Below are positions 22,931 to 37,900 of a stretch of DNA of 64,000 nt, piece by piece. Positions within the stretch are counted from its first letter, which is position 1; the number at the start of each line of letters is the position of its first letter. The notes under the pieces were generated by a model, which was given only the letters and a program-made list of their open reading frames with translations, did not search any database and had not been told where the DNA came from. The position numbers were made by a program, and so were the translations under genes. The stretch lies in NCBI GenBank assembly GCA_002189035.1, contig NEEC01000034.1, positions 1 through 64,000 on the forward strand, written 5' to 3'. This DNA is from Utricularia gibba (Eukaryota; Plantae; Magnoliophyta).

Positions 22931-25900
22931 CTTCTCGTTCTCGACATTGATGCAAATGGGATACACGGCAAAAGAATCAAATAGCCACTAGAGACATGGT
23001 GTATGGGAATGGTGCATCAAGAATCAGAAGTATCATAGCAACTAATTGAATCAATCAACAGCCAAAACATATGGTGTCAAACTTCATCGGATATGCGATC
23101 AAGATGGAAAAAAGTCACATGTTACATCATGAATTTCGTGGCATCACTTATCCCAACACTGTTGTATACTCAGGATATGCGTAAATATTTATTTTTAACA
23201 AATCCGGTGCACGTGTGATTTTTCGGCTGCATCCCGAATGGTGATGCGCAATGAAATGACTATGTCGCACATCCTGGTCCACGAAGCACCTCTTCGAAAA
23301 CATGTAGAGCCTTACTCTTCATAGCACACCATTGGGAAGCTTTATTCGTGCTCCAAGTAATATCATATGGAGTTACGTTTTTCCGATAACTGTGGACATA
23401 TTAAAAACAACCTCAACGAAAAGTGTCTTCCGTGTCCTTCCTTGGTGGCTGCGTCTAAGAATGTGCTTCTCGTTCTCGACATTGATGCAAATGGGATACA
23501 CGGCAAAAGAATCAAATAGCCACTAGAGACATGGTGTATGGGAATGGTGCATCAAGAATCAGAAGTATCATAGCAACTAATTGAATCAATCAACAGCCAA
23601 AACATATGGTGTCAAACTTCATCGGATATGCGATCAAGATGGAAAAAAGTCACATGTTACATCATGAATTTCGTGGCATCACTTATCCCAACACTGTTGT
23701 ATACTCAGGATATGCGTAAATATTTATTTTTAACAAATCCGGTGCACGTGTGATTTTTCGGCTGCATCCCGAATGGTGATGCGCAATGAAATGACTATGT
23801 CGCACATCCTGGTCCACGAAGCACCTCTTCGAAACATGTAGAGCCTTACTCTTCATAGCACACCATTGGGAAGCTTTATTCGTGCTCCAAGTAATATCAT
23901 ATGGAGTTACGTTTTTCCGATAACTGTGGACATATTAAAAACAACCTCAACGAAAAGTGTCTTCCGTGTCCTTCCTTGGTGGCTGCGTCTAAGAATGTGC
24001 TTCTCGTTCTCGACATTGATGCAAATGGGATACACGGCAAAAGAATCAAATAGCCACTAGAGACATGGTGTATGGGAATGGTGCATCAAGAATCAGAAGT
24101 ATCATAGCAACTAATTGAATCAATCAACAGCCAAAACATATGGTGTCAAACTTCATCGGATATGCGATCAAGATGGAAAAAAGTCACATGTTACATCATG
24201 AATTTCGTGGCATCACTTATCCCAACACTGTTGTATACTCAGGATATGCGTAAATATTTATTTTTAACAAATCCGGTGCACGTGTGATTTTTCGGCTGCA
24301 TCCCGAATGGTGATGCGCAATGAAATGACTATGTCGCACATCCTGGTCCACGAAGCACCTCTTCGAAAACATGTAGAGCCTTACTCTTCATAGCACACCA
24401 TTGGGAAGCTTTATTCGTGCTCCAAGTAATATCATATGGAGTTACGTTTTTCCGATAACTGTGGACATATTAAAAACAACCTCAACGAAAAGTGTCTTCC
24501 GTGTCCTTCCTTGGTGGCTGCGTCTAAGAATGTGCTTCTCGTTCTCGACATTGATGCAAATGGGATACACGGCAAAAGAATCAAATAGCCACTAGAGACA
24601 TGGTGTATGGGAATGGTGCATCAAGAATCAGAAGTATCATAGCAACTAATTGAATCAATCAACAGCCAAAACATATGGTGTCAAACTTCATCGGATATGC
24701 GATCAAGATGGAAAAAAGTCACATGTTACATCATGAATTTCGTGGCATCACTTATCCCAACACTGTTGTATACTCAGGATATGCGTAAATATTTATTTTT
24801 AACAAATCCGGTGCACGTGTGATTTTTCGGCTGCATCCCGAATGGTGATGCGCAATGAAATGACTATGTCGCACATCCTGGTCCACGAAGCACCTCTTCG
24901 AAAACATGTAGAGCCTTACTCTTCATAGCACACCATTGGGAAGCTTTATTCGTGCTCCAAGTAATATCATATGGAGTTACGTTTTTCCGATAACTGTGGA
25001 CATATTAAAAACAACCTCAACGAAAAGTGTCTTCCGTGTCCTTCCTTGGTGGCTGCGTCTAAGAATGTGCTTCTCGTTCTCGACATTGATGCAAATGGGA
25101 TACACGGCAAAAGAATCAAATAGCCACTAGAGACATGGTGTATGGGAATGGTGCATCAAGAATCAGAAGTATCATAGCAACTAATTGAATCAATCAACAG
25201 CCAAAACATATGGTGTCAAACTTCATCGGATATGCGATCAAGATGGAAAAAAGTCACATGTTACATCATGAATTTCGTGGCATCACTTATCCCAACACTG
25301 TTGTATACTCAGGATATGCGTAAATATTTATTTTTAACAAATCCGGTGCACGTGTGATTTTTCGGCTGCATCCCGAATGGTGATGCGCAATGAAATGACT
25401 ATGTCGCACATCCTGGTCCACGAAGCACCTCTTCGAAAACATGTAGAGCCTTACTCTTCATAGCACACCATTGGGAAGCTTTATTCGTGCTCCAAGTAAT
25501 ATCATATGGAGTTACGTTTTTCCGATAACTGTGGACATATTAAAAACAACCTCAACGAAAAGTGTCTTCCGTGTCCTTCCTTGGTGGCTGCGTCTAAGAA
25601 TGTGCTTCTCGTTCTCGACATTGATGCAAATGGGATACACGGCAAAAGAATCAAATAGCCACTAGAGACATGGTGTATGGGAATGGTGCATCAAGAATCA
25701 GAAGTATCATAGCAACTAATTGAATCAATCAACAGCCAAAACATATGGTGTCAAACTTCATCGGATATGCGATCAAGATGGAAAAAAGTCACATGTTACA
25801 TCATGAATTTCGTGGCATCACTTATCCCAACACTGTTGTATACTCAGGATATGCGTAAATATTTATTTTTAACAAATCCGGTGCACGTGTGATTTTTCGG

Positions 25901-28900
25901 CTGCATCCCGAATGGTGATGCGCAATGAAATGACTATGTCGCACATCCTGGTCCACGAAGCACCTCTTCGAAAACATGTAGAGCCTTACTCTTCATAGCA
26001 CACCATTGGGAAGCTTTATTCGTGCTCCAAGTAATATCATATGGAGTTACGTTTTTCCGATAACTGTGGACATATTAAAAACAACCTCAACGAAAAGTGT
26101 CTTCCGTGTCCTTCCTTGGTGGCTGCGTTAAAATGTGCTTCTCGTTCTCGACATGTGATGCAAATGGGATACACGGCATAAAGAATGTCAAGATACATTG
26201 ATGCAAATGGGATACACGGCAAAAGAATCAAATAGCCACTAGAGACATGGTGTATGGGAATGGTGCATCAAGAATCAGAAGTATCATAGCAACTAATTGA
26301 ATCAATCAACAGCCAAAACATATGGTGTCAAACTTCATCGGATATGCGATCAAGATGGAAAAAAGTCACATGTTACATCATGAATTTCGTGGCATCACTT
26401 ATCCCAACACTGTTGTATACTCAGGATATGCGTAAATATTTATTTTTAACAAATCCGGTGCACGTGTGATTTTTCGGCTGCATCCCGAATGGTGATGCGC
26501 AATGAAATGACTATGTCGCACATCCTGGTCCACGAAGCACCTCTTCGAAAACATGTAGAGCCTTACTCTTCATAGCACACCATTGGGAAGCTTTATTCGT
26601 GCTCCAAGTAATATCATATGGAGTTACGTTTTTCCGATAACTGTGGACATATTAAAAACAACCTCAACGAAAAGTGTCTTCCGTGTCCTTCCTTGGTGGC
26701 TGCGTCTAAGAATGTGCTTCTCGTTCTCGACATTGATGCAAATGGGATACACGGCAAAAGAATCAAATAGCCACTAGAGACATGGTGTATGGGAATGGTG
26801 CATCAAGAATCAGAAGTATCATAGCAACTAATTGAATCAATCAACAGCCAAAACATATGGTGTCAAACTTCATCGGATATGCGATCAAGATGGAAAAAAG
26901 TCACATGTTACATCATGAATTTCGTGGCATCACTTATCCCAACACTGTTGTATACTCAGGATATGCGTAAATATTTATTTTTAACAAATCCGGTGCACGT
27001 GTGATTTTTCGGCTGCATCCCGAATGGTGATGCGCAATGAAATGACTATGTCGCACATCCTGGTCCACGAAGCACCTCTTCGAAAACATGTAGAGCCTTA
27101 CTCTTCATAGCACACCATTGGGAAGCTTTATTCGTGCTCCAAGTAATATCATATGGAGTTACGTTTTTCCGATAACTGTGGACATATTAAAAACAACCTC
27201 AACGAAAAGTGTCTTCCGTGTCCTTCCTTGGTGGCTGCGTCTAAGAATGTGCTTCTCGTTCTCGACATTGATGCAAATGGGATACACGGCAAAAGAATCA
27301 AATAGCCACTAGAGACATGGTGTATGGGAATGGTGCATCAAGAATCAGAAGTATCATAGCAACTAATTGAATCAATCAACAGCCAAAACATATGGTGTCA
27401 AACTTCATCGGATATGCGATCAAGATGGAAAAAAGTCACATGTTACATCATGAATTTCGTGGCATCACTTATCCCAACACTGTTGTATACTCAGGATATG
27501 CGTAAATATTTATTTTTAACAAATCCGGTGCACGTGTGATTTTTCGGCTGCATCCCGAATGGTGATGCGCAATGAAATGACTATGTCGCACATCCTGGTC
27601 CACGAAGCACCTCTTCGAAAACATGTAGAGCCTTACTCTTCATAGCACACCATTGGGAAGCTTTATTCGTGCTCCAAGTAATATCATATGGAGTTACGTT
27701 TTTCCGATAACTGTGGACATATTAAAAACAACCTCAACGAAAAGTGTCTTCCGTGTCCTTCCTTGGTGGCTGCGTCTAAGAATGTGCTTCTCGTTCTCGA
27801 CATTGATGCAAATGGGATACACGGCAAAAGAATCAAATAGCCACTAGAGACATGGTGTATGGGAATGGTGCATCAAGAATCAGAAGTATCATAGCAACTA
27901 ATTGAATCAATCAACAGCCAAAACATATGGTGTCAAACTTCATCGGATATGCGATCAAGATGGAAAAAAGTCACATGTTACATCATGAATTTCGTGGCAT
28001 CACTTATCCCAACACTGTTGTATACTCAGGATATGCGTAAATATTTATTTTTAACAAATCCGGTGCACGTGTGATTTTTCGGCTGCATCCCGAATGGTGA
28101 TGCGCAATGAAATGACTATGTCGCACATCCTGGTCCACGAAGCACCTCTTCGAAAACATGTAGAGCCTTACTCTTCATAGCACACCATTGGGAAGCTTTA
28201 TTCGTGCTCCAAGTAATATCATATGGAGTTACGTTTTTCCGATAACTGTGGACATATTAAAAACAACCTCAACGAAAAGTGTCTTCCGTGTCCTTCCTTG
28301 GTGGCTGCGTCTAAGAATGTGCTTCTCGTTCTCGACATTGATGCAAATGGGATACACGGCAAAAGAATCAAATAGCCACTAGAGACATGGTGTATGGGAA
28401 TGGTGCATCAAGAATCAGAAGTATCATAGCAACTAATTGAATCAATCAACAGCCAAAACATATGGTGTCAAACTTCATCGGATATGCGATCAAGATGGAA
28501 AAAAGTCACATGTTACATCATGAATTTCGTGGCATCACTTATCCCAACACTGTTGTATACTCAGGATATGCGTAAATATTTATTTTTAACAAATCCGGTG
28601 CACGTGTGATTTTTCGGCTGCATCCCGAATGGTGATGCGCAATGAAATGACTATGTCGCACATCCTGGTCCACGAAGCACCTCTTCGAAAACATGTAGAG
28701 CCTTACTCTTCATAGCACACCATTGGGAAGCTTTATTCGTGCTCCAAGTAATATCATATGGAGTTACGTTTTTCCGATAACTGTGGACATATTAAAAACA
28801 ACCTCAACGAAAAGTGTCTTCCGTGTCCTTCCTTGGTGGCTGCGTCTAAGAATGTGCTTCTCGTTCTCGACATTGATGCAAATGGGATACACGGCAAAAG

Positions 28901-31900
28901 AATCAAATAGCCACTAGAGACATGGTGTATGGGAATGGTGCATCAAGAATCAGAAGTATCATAGCAACTAATTGAATCAATCAACAGCCAAAACATATGG
29001 TGTCAAACTTCATCGGATATGCGATCAAGATGGAAAAAAGTCACATGTTACATCATGAATTTCGTGGCATCACTTATCCCAACACTGTTGTATACTCAGG
29101 ATATGCGTAAATATTTATTTTTAACAAATCCGGTGCACGTGTGATTTTTCGGCTGCATCCCGAATGGTGATGCGCAATGAAATGACTATGTCGCACATCC
29201 TGGTCCACGAAGCACCTCTTCGAAAATGTAGAGCCTTACTCTTCATAGCACACCATTGGGAAGCTTTATTCGTGCTCCAAGTAATATCATATGGAGTTAC
29301 GTTTTTCCGATAACTGTGGACATATTAAAAACAACCTCAACGAAAAGTGTCTTCCGTGTCCTTCCTTGGTGGCTGCGTCTAAGAATGTGCTTCTCGTTCT
29401 CGACATTGATGCAAATGGGATACACGGCAAAAGAATCAAATAGCCACTAGAGACATGGTGTATGGGAATGGTGCATCAAGAATCAGAAGTATCATAGCAA
29501 CTAATTGAATCAATCAACAGCCAAAACATATGGTGTCAAACTTCATCGGATATGCGATCAAGATGGAAAAAAGTCACATGTTACATCATGAATTTCGTGG
29601 CATCACTTATCCCAACACTGTTGTATACTCAGGATATGCGTAAATATTTATTTTTAACAAATCCGGTGCACGTGTGATTTTTCGGCTGCATCCCGAATGG
29701 TGATGCGCAATGAAATGACTATGTCGCACATCCTGGTCCACGAAGCACCTCTTCGAAAACATGTAGAGCCTTACTCTTCATAGCACACCATTGGGAAGCT
29801 TTATTCGTGCTCCAAGTAATATCATATGGAGTTACGTTTTTCCGATAACTGTGGACATATTAAAAACAACCTCAACGAAAAGTGTCTTCCGTGTCCTTCC
29901 TTGGTGGCTGCGTCTAAGAATGTGCTTCTCGTTCTCGACATTGATGCAAATGGGATACACGGCAAAAGAATCAAATAGCCACTAGAGACATGGTGTATGG
30001 GAATGGTGCATCAAGAATCAGAAGTATCATAGCAACTAATTGAATCAATCAACAGCCAAAACATATGGTGTCAAACTTCATCGGATATGCGATCAAGATG
30101 GAAAAAAGTCACATGTTACATCATGAATTTCGTGGCATCACTTATCCCAACACTGTTGTATACTCAGGATATGCGTAAATATTTATTTTTAACAAATCCG
30201 GTGCACGTGTGATTTTTCGGCTGCATCCCGAATGGTGATGCGCAATGAAATGACTATGTCGCACATCCTGGTCCACGAAGCACCTCTTCGAAAACATGTA
30301 GAGCCTTACTCTTCATAGCACACCATTGGGAAGCTTTATTCGTGCTCCAAGTAATATCATATGGAGTTACGTTTTTCCGATAACTGTGGACATATTAAAA
30401 ACAACCTCAACGAAAAGTGTCTTCCGTGTCCTTCCTTGGTGGCTGCGTCTAAGAATGTGCTTCTCGTTCTCGACATTGATGCAAATGGGATACACGGCAA
30501 AAGAATCAAATAGCCACTAGAGACATGGTGTATGGGAATGGTGCATCAAGAATCAGAAGTATCATAGCAACTAATTGAATCAATCAACAGCCAAAACATA
30601 TGGTGTCAAACTTCATCGGATATGCGATCAAGATGGAAAAAAGTCACATGTTACATCATGAATTTCGTGGCATCACTTATCCCAACACTGTTGTATACTC
30701 AGGATATGCGTAAATATTTATTTTTAACAAATCCGGTGCACGTGTGATTTTTCGGCTGCATCCCGAATGGTGATGCGCAATGAAATGACTATGTCGCACA
30801 TCCTGGTCCACGAAGCACCTCTTCGAAACATGTAGAGCCTTACTCTTCATAGATGCACACCATTAGGGACATGCATTTATCATCGAATGCTCCAAGTCAA
30901 TATCATACATGGAGTTACGTTTTTCCGGTGCATAACTGTGGACATACATCCTACGAAGCACCTCTTCGACATGTAGAGCCTTACATAGCGAAAAATATCA
31001 TATGTGTCTTCCGAAAAGTGTCCTTCCTTGGTGGCTGCGTCTAAGAATGTGCTTCTCGTTCTCGACATTGATGCAAATGGGATACACGGCAAAAGAATCA
31101 AATAGCCACTAGAGACATGGTGTATGGGAATGGTGCATCAAGAATCAGAAGTATCATAGCAACTAATTGAATCAATCAACAGCCAAAACATATGGTGTCA
31201 AACTTCATCGGATATGCGATCAAGATGGAAAAAAGTCACATGTTACATCATGAATTTCGTGGCATCACTTATCCCAACACTGTTGTATACTCAGGATATG
31301 CGTAAATATTTATTTTTAACAAATCCGGTGCACGTGTGATTTTTCGGCTGCATCCCGAATGGTGATGCGCAATGAAATGACTATGTCGCACATCCTGGTC
31401 CACGAAGCACCTCTTCGAAAACATGTAGAGCCTTACTCTTCATAGCACACCATTGGGAAGCTTTATTCGTGCTCCAAGTAATATCATATGGAGTTACGTT
31501 TTTCCGATAACTGTGGACATATTAAAAACAACCTCAACGAAAAGTGTCTTCCGTGTCCTTCCTTGGTGGCTGCGTCTAACTTCTCGTTCTCGACATTGAT
31601 GCAGGCAAAAGAATCAAATAGCCACTAGAGACATGGTGTATGGGAATGGTGCATCAAGAATCAGAAGTATCATAGCAACTAATTGAATCAATCAACAGCC
31701 AAAACATATGGTGTCAAACTTCATCGGATATGCGATCAAGATGGAAAAAAGTCACATGTTACATCATGAATTTCGTGGCATCACTTATCCCAACACTGTT
31801 GTATACTCAGGATATGCGTAAATATTTATTTTTAACAAATCCGGTGCACGTGTGATTTTTCGGCTGCATCCCGAATGGTGATGCGCAATGAAATGACTAT

Positions 31901-34900
31901 GTCGCACATCCTGGTCCACGAAGCACCTCTTCGAAACATGTAGAGCCTTACTCTTCATAGCACACCATTGGGAAGCTTTATTCGTGCTCCAAGTAATATC
32001 ATATGGAGTTACGTTTTTCCGATAACTGTGGACATATTAAAAACAACCTCAACGAAAAGTGTCTTCCGTGTCCTTCCTTGGTGGCTGCGTCTAAGAATGT
32101 GCTTCTCGTTCTCGACATTGATGCAAATGGGATACACGGCAAAAGAATCAAATAGCCACTAGAGACATGGTGTATGGGAATGGTGCATCAAGAATCAGAA
32201 GTATCATAGCAACTAATTGAATCAATCAACAGCCAAAACATATGGTGTCAAACTTCATCGGATATGCGATCAAGATGGAAAAAAGTCACATGTTACATCA
32301 TGAATTTCGTGGCATCACTTATCCCAACACTGTTGTATACTCAGGATATGCGTAAATATTTATTTTTAACAAATCCGGTGCACGTGTGATTTTTCGGCTG
32401 CATCCCGAATGGTGATGCGCAATGAAATGACTATGTCGCACATCCTGGTCCACGAAGCACCTCTTCGAAAACATGTAGAGCCTTACTCTTCATAGCACAC
32501 CATTGGGAAGCTTTATTCGTGCTCCAAGTAATATCATATGGAGTTACGTTTTCCGATAACTGTGGACATATTAAAAACAACCTCAACGAAAAGTGTCTTC
32601 CGTGTCCTTCCTTGGTGGCTGCGTCTAAGAATGTGCTTCTCGTTCTCGACATTGATGCAAATGGGATACACGGCAAAAGAATCAAATAGCCACTAGAGAC
32701 ATGGTGTATGGGAATGGTGCATCAAGAATCAGAAGTATCATAGCAACTAATTGAATCAATCAACAGCCAAAACATATGGTGTCAAACTTCATCGGATATG
32801 CGATCAAGATGGAAAAAAGTCACATGTTACATCATGAATTTCGTGGCATCACTTATCCCAACACTGTTGTATACTCAGGATATGCGTAAATATTTATTTT
32901 TAACAAATCCGGTGCACGTGTGATTTTTCGGCTGCATCCCGAATGGTGATGCGCAATGAAATGACTATGTCGCACATCCTGGTCCACGAAGCACCTCTTC
33001 GAAACACCTTACTGTAAGCTTTCTTCTAGCACACCATTGGGAAGCTGTTCCAAGTAATATCATATGGAGTTACGTTTTTCCGATAACTGTGGACATATTA
33101 AAAACAACCTCAACGAAAAGTGTCTTCCGTGTCCTTCCTTGGTGGCTGCGTCTAAGAATGTGCTTCTCGTTCTCGACATTGATGCAAATGGGATACACGG
33201 CAAAAGAATCAAATAGCCACTAGAGACATGGTGTATGGGAATGGTGCATCAAGAATCAGAAGTATCATAGCAACTAATTGAATCAATCAACAGCCAAAAC
33301 ATATGGTGTCAAACTTCATCGGATATGCGATCAAGATGGAAAAAAGTCACATGTTACATCATGAATTTCGTGGCATCACTTATCCCAACACTGTTGTATA
33401 CTCAGGATATGCGTAAATATTTATTTTTAACAAATCCGGTGCACGTGTGATTTTTCGGCTGCATCCCGAATGGTGATGCGCAATGAAATGACTATGTCGC
33501 ACATCCTGGTCCACGAAGCACCTCTTCGAAAACATGTAGAGCCTTACTCTTCATAGCACACCATTGGGAAGCTTTATTCGTGCTCCAAGTAATATCATAT
33601 GGAGTTACGTTTTTCCGATAACTGTGGACATATTAAAAACAACCTCAACGAAAAGTGTCTTCCGTGTCCTTCCTTGGTGGCTGCGTCTAAGAATGTGCTT
33701 CTCGTTCTCGACATTGATGCAAATGGGATACACGGCAAAAGAATCAAATAGCCACTAGAGACATGGTGTATGGGAATGGTGCATCAAGAATCAGAAGTAT
33801 CATAGCAACTAATTGAATCAATCAACAGCCAAAACATATGGTGTCAAACTTCATCGGATATGCGATCAAGATGGAAAAAAGTCACATGTTACATCATGAA
33901 TTTCGTGGCATCACTTATCCCAACACTGTTGTATACTCAGGATATGCGTAAATATTTATTTTTAACAAATCCGGTGCACGTGTGATTTTTCGGCTGCATC
34001 CCGAATGGTGATGCGCAATGAAATGACTATGTCGCACATCCTGGTCCACGAAGCACCTCTTCGAAAACATGTAGAGCCTTACTCTTCATAGCACACCATT
34101 GGGAAGCTTTATTCGTGCTCCAAGTAATATCATATGGAGTTACGTTTTTCCGATAACTGTGGACATATTAAAAACAACCTCAACGAAAAGTGTCTTCCGT
34201 GTCCTTCCTTGGTGGCTGCGTCTAAGAATGTGCTTCTCGTTCTCGACATTGATGCAAATGGGATACACGGCAAAAGAATCAAATAGCCACTAGAGACATG
34301 GTGTATGGGAATGGTGCATCAAGAATCAGAAGTATCATAGCAACTAATTGAATCAATCAACAGCCAAAACATATGGTGTCAAACTTCATCGGATATGCGA
34401 TCAAGATGGAAAAAAGTCACATGTTACATCATGAATTTCGTGGCATCACTTATCCCAACACTGTTGTATACTCAGGATATGCGTAAATATTTATTTTTAA
34501 CAAATCCGGTGCACGTGTGATTTTTCGGCTGCATCCCGAATGGTGATGCGCAATGAAATGACTATGTCGCACATCCTGGTCCACGAAGCACCTCTTCGGT
34601 AGAGCCTTACTCTTCATAGCACACCATTGGGAAGCTTTATTCGTGCTCCAAGCATCAAGACATCAGAAAAGTAAGAATGTGCATATGCAACTCAAATTAG
34701 AGACATCATCAAGAATCAGAAGTATCAGCAACTAAAATCAATCATGGTGTCAAACTTCATCGGATATGCGATCAAGATGGAAAAAAGTCACATGTTACAT
34801 CATGAATTTCGTGGCATCACTTATCCCAACACTGTTGTATACTCAGGATATGCGTAAATATTTATTTTTAACAAATCCGGTGCACGTGTGATTTTTCGGC

Positions 34901-37900
34901 TGCATCCCGAATGGTGATGCGCAATGAAATGACTATGTCGCACATCCTGGTCCACGAAGCACCTCTTCGAAAACATGTAGAGCCTTACTCTTCATAGCAC
35001 ACCATTGGGAAGCTTTATTCGTGCTCCAAGTAATATCATATGGAGTTACGTTTTTCCGATAACTGTGGACATATTAAAAACAACCTCAACGAAAAGTGTC
35101 TTCCGTGTCCTTCCTTGGTGGCTGCGTCTAAGAATGTGCTTCTCGTTCTCGACATTGATGCAAATGGGATACACGGCAAAAGAATCAAATAGCCACTAGA
35201 GACATGGTGTATGGGAATGGTGCATCAAGAATCAGAAGTATCATAGCAACTAATTGAATCAATCAACAGCCAAAACATATGGTGTCAAACTTCATCGGAT
35301 ATGCGATCAAGATGGAAAAAAGTCACATGTTACATCATGAATTTCGTGGCATCACTTATCCCAACACTGTTGTATACTCAGGATATGCGTAAATATTTAT
35401 TTTTAACAAATCCGGTGCACGTGTGATTTTTCGGCTGCATCCCGAATGGTGATGCGCAATGAAATGACTATGTCGCACATCCTGGTCCACGAAGCACCTC
35501 TTCGAAACATGTAGAGCCTTACTCTTCATAGCACACCATTGGGAAGCTTTATTCGTGCTCCAAGTAATATCATATGGAGTTACGTTTTTCCGATAACTGT
35601 GGACATATTAAAAACAACCTCAACGAAAAGTGTCTTCCGTGTCCTTCCTTGGTGGCTGCGTCTAAGAATGTGCTTCTCGTTCTCGACATTGATGCAAATG
35701 GGATACACGGCAAAAGAATCAAATAGCCACTAGAGACATGGTGTATGGGAATGGTGCATCAAGAATCAGAAGTATCATAGCAACTAATTGAATCAATCAA
35801 CAGCCAAAACATATGGTGTCAAACTTCATCGGATATGCGATCAAGATGGAAAAAAGTCACATGTTACATCATGAATTTCGTGGCATCACTTATCCCAACA
35901 CTGTTGTATACTCAGGATATGCGTAAATATTTATTTTTAACAAATCCGGTGCACGTGTGATTTTTCGGCTGCATCCCGAATGGTGATGCGCAATGAAATG
36001 ACTATGTCGCACATCCTGGTCCACGAAGCACCTCTTCGAAAACATGTAGAGCCTTACTCTTCATAGCACACCATTGGGAAGCTTTATTCGTGCTCCAAGT
36101 AATATCATATGGAGTTACGTTTTTCCGATAACTGTGGACATATTAAAAACAACCTCAACGAAAAGTGTCTTCCGTGTCCTTCCTTGGTGGCTGCGTCTAA
36201 GAATGTGCTTCTCGTTCTCGACATTGATGCAAATGGGATACACGGCAAAAGAATCAAATAGCCACTAGAGACATGGTGTATGGGAATGGTGCATCAAGAA
36301 TCAGAAGTATCATAGCAACTAATTGAATCAATCAACAGCCAAAACATATGGTGTCAAACTTCATCGGATATGCGATCAAGATGGAAAAAAGTCACATGTT
36401 ACATCATGAATTTCGTGGCATCACTTATCCCAACACTGTTGTATACTCAGGATATGCGTAAATATTTATTTTTAACAAATCCGGTGCACGTGTGATTTTT
36501 CGGCTGCATCCCGAATGGTGATGCGCAATGAAATGACTATGTCGCACATCCTGGTCCACGAAGCACCTCTTCGAAAACATGTAGAGCCTTACTCTTCATA
36601 GCACACCATTGGGAAGCTTTATTCGTGCTCCAAGTAATATCATATGGAGTTACGTTTTCCGATAACTGTGGACATATTAAAAACAACCTCAACGAAAAGT
36701 GTCTTCCGTGTCCTTCCTTGGTGGCTGCGTCTAAGTGCTTCTCGTTCTCGATTGATGCAAATACACGGCAAAAGAATCAAATAGCCACTAGAGACATGGT
36801 GTATGGGAATGGTGCATCAAGAATCAGAAGTATCATAGCAACTAATTGAATCAATCAACAGCCAAAACATATGGTGTCAAACTTCATCGGATATGCGATC
36901 AAGATGGAAAAAAGTCACATGTTACATCATGAATACTCAGGATATGCGTAAATATTTATTTTTAACAAATCCGGTGCACGTGTGATTTTTCTCAAGCACG
37001 TAGAGCCTTACTCTTCATAGCACACCATTGTTTATTCGTGCTCCAAGTAATATCATATGGAGTTACGTTCCGATAACTGTGGACATATGAAAAGTGGTGT
37101 CCTTCCTTGGTGGCTGCGTCTAAGAATGTGCTTCTCGTTCTCGACATTGATGCAAATGGGATACACGGCAAAAGAATCAAATAGCCACTAGAGACATGGT
37201 GTATGGGAATGGTGCATCAAGAATCAGAAGTATCATAGCAACTAATTGAATCAATCAACAGCCAAAACATATGGTGTCAAACTTCATCGGATATGCGATC
37301 AAGATGGAAAAAAGTCACATGTTACATCATGAATTTCGTGGCATCACTTATCCCAACACTGTTGTATACTCAGGATATGCGTAAATATTTATTTTTAACA
37401 AATCCGGTGCACGTGTGATTTTTCGGCTGCATCCCGAATGGTGATGCGCAATGAAATGACTATGTCGCACATCCTGGTCCACGAAGCACCTCTTCGAAAA
37501 CATGTAGAGCCTTACTCTTCATAGCACACCATTGGGAAGCTTTATTCGTGCTCCAAGTAATATCATATGGAGTTACGTTTTTCCGATAACTGTGGACATA
37601 TTAAAAACAACCTCAACGAAAAGTGTCTTCCGTGTCCTTCCTTGGTGGCTGCGTCTAAGAATGTGCTTCTCGTTCTCGACATTGATGCAAATGGGATACA
37701 CGGCAAAAGAATCAAATAGCCACTAGAGACATGGTGTATGGGAATGGTGCATCAAGAATCAGAAGTATCATAGCAACTAATTGAATCAATCAACAGCCAA
37801 AACATATGGTGTCAAACTTCATCGGATATGCGATCAAGATGGAAAAAAGTCACATGTTACATCATGAATTTCGTGGCATCACTTATCCCAACACTGTTGT

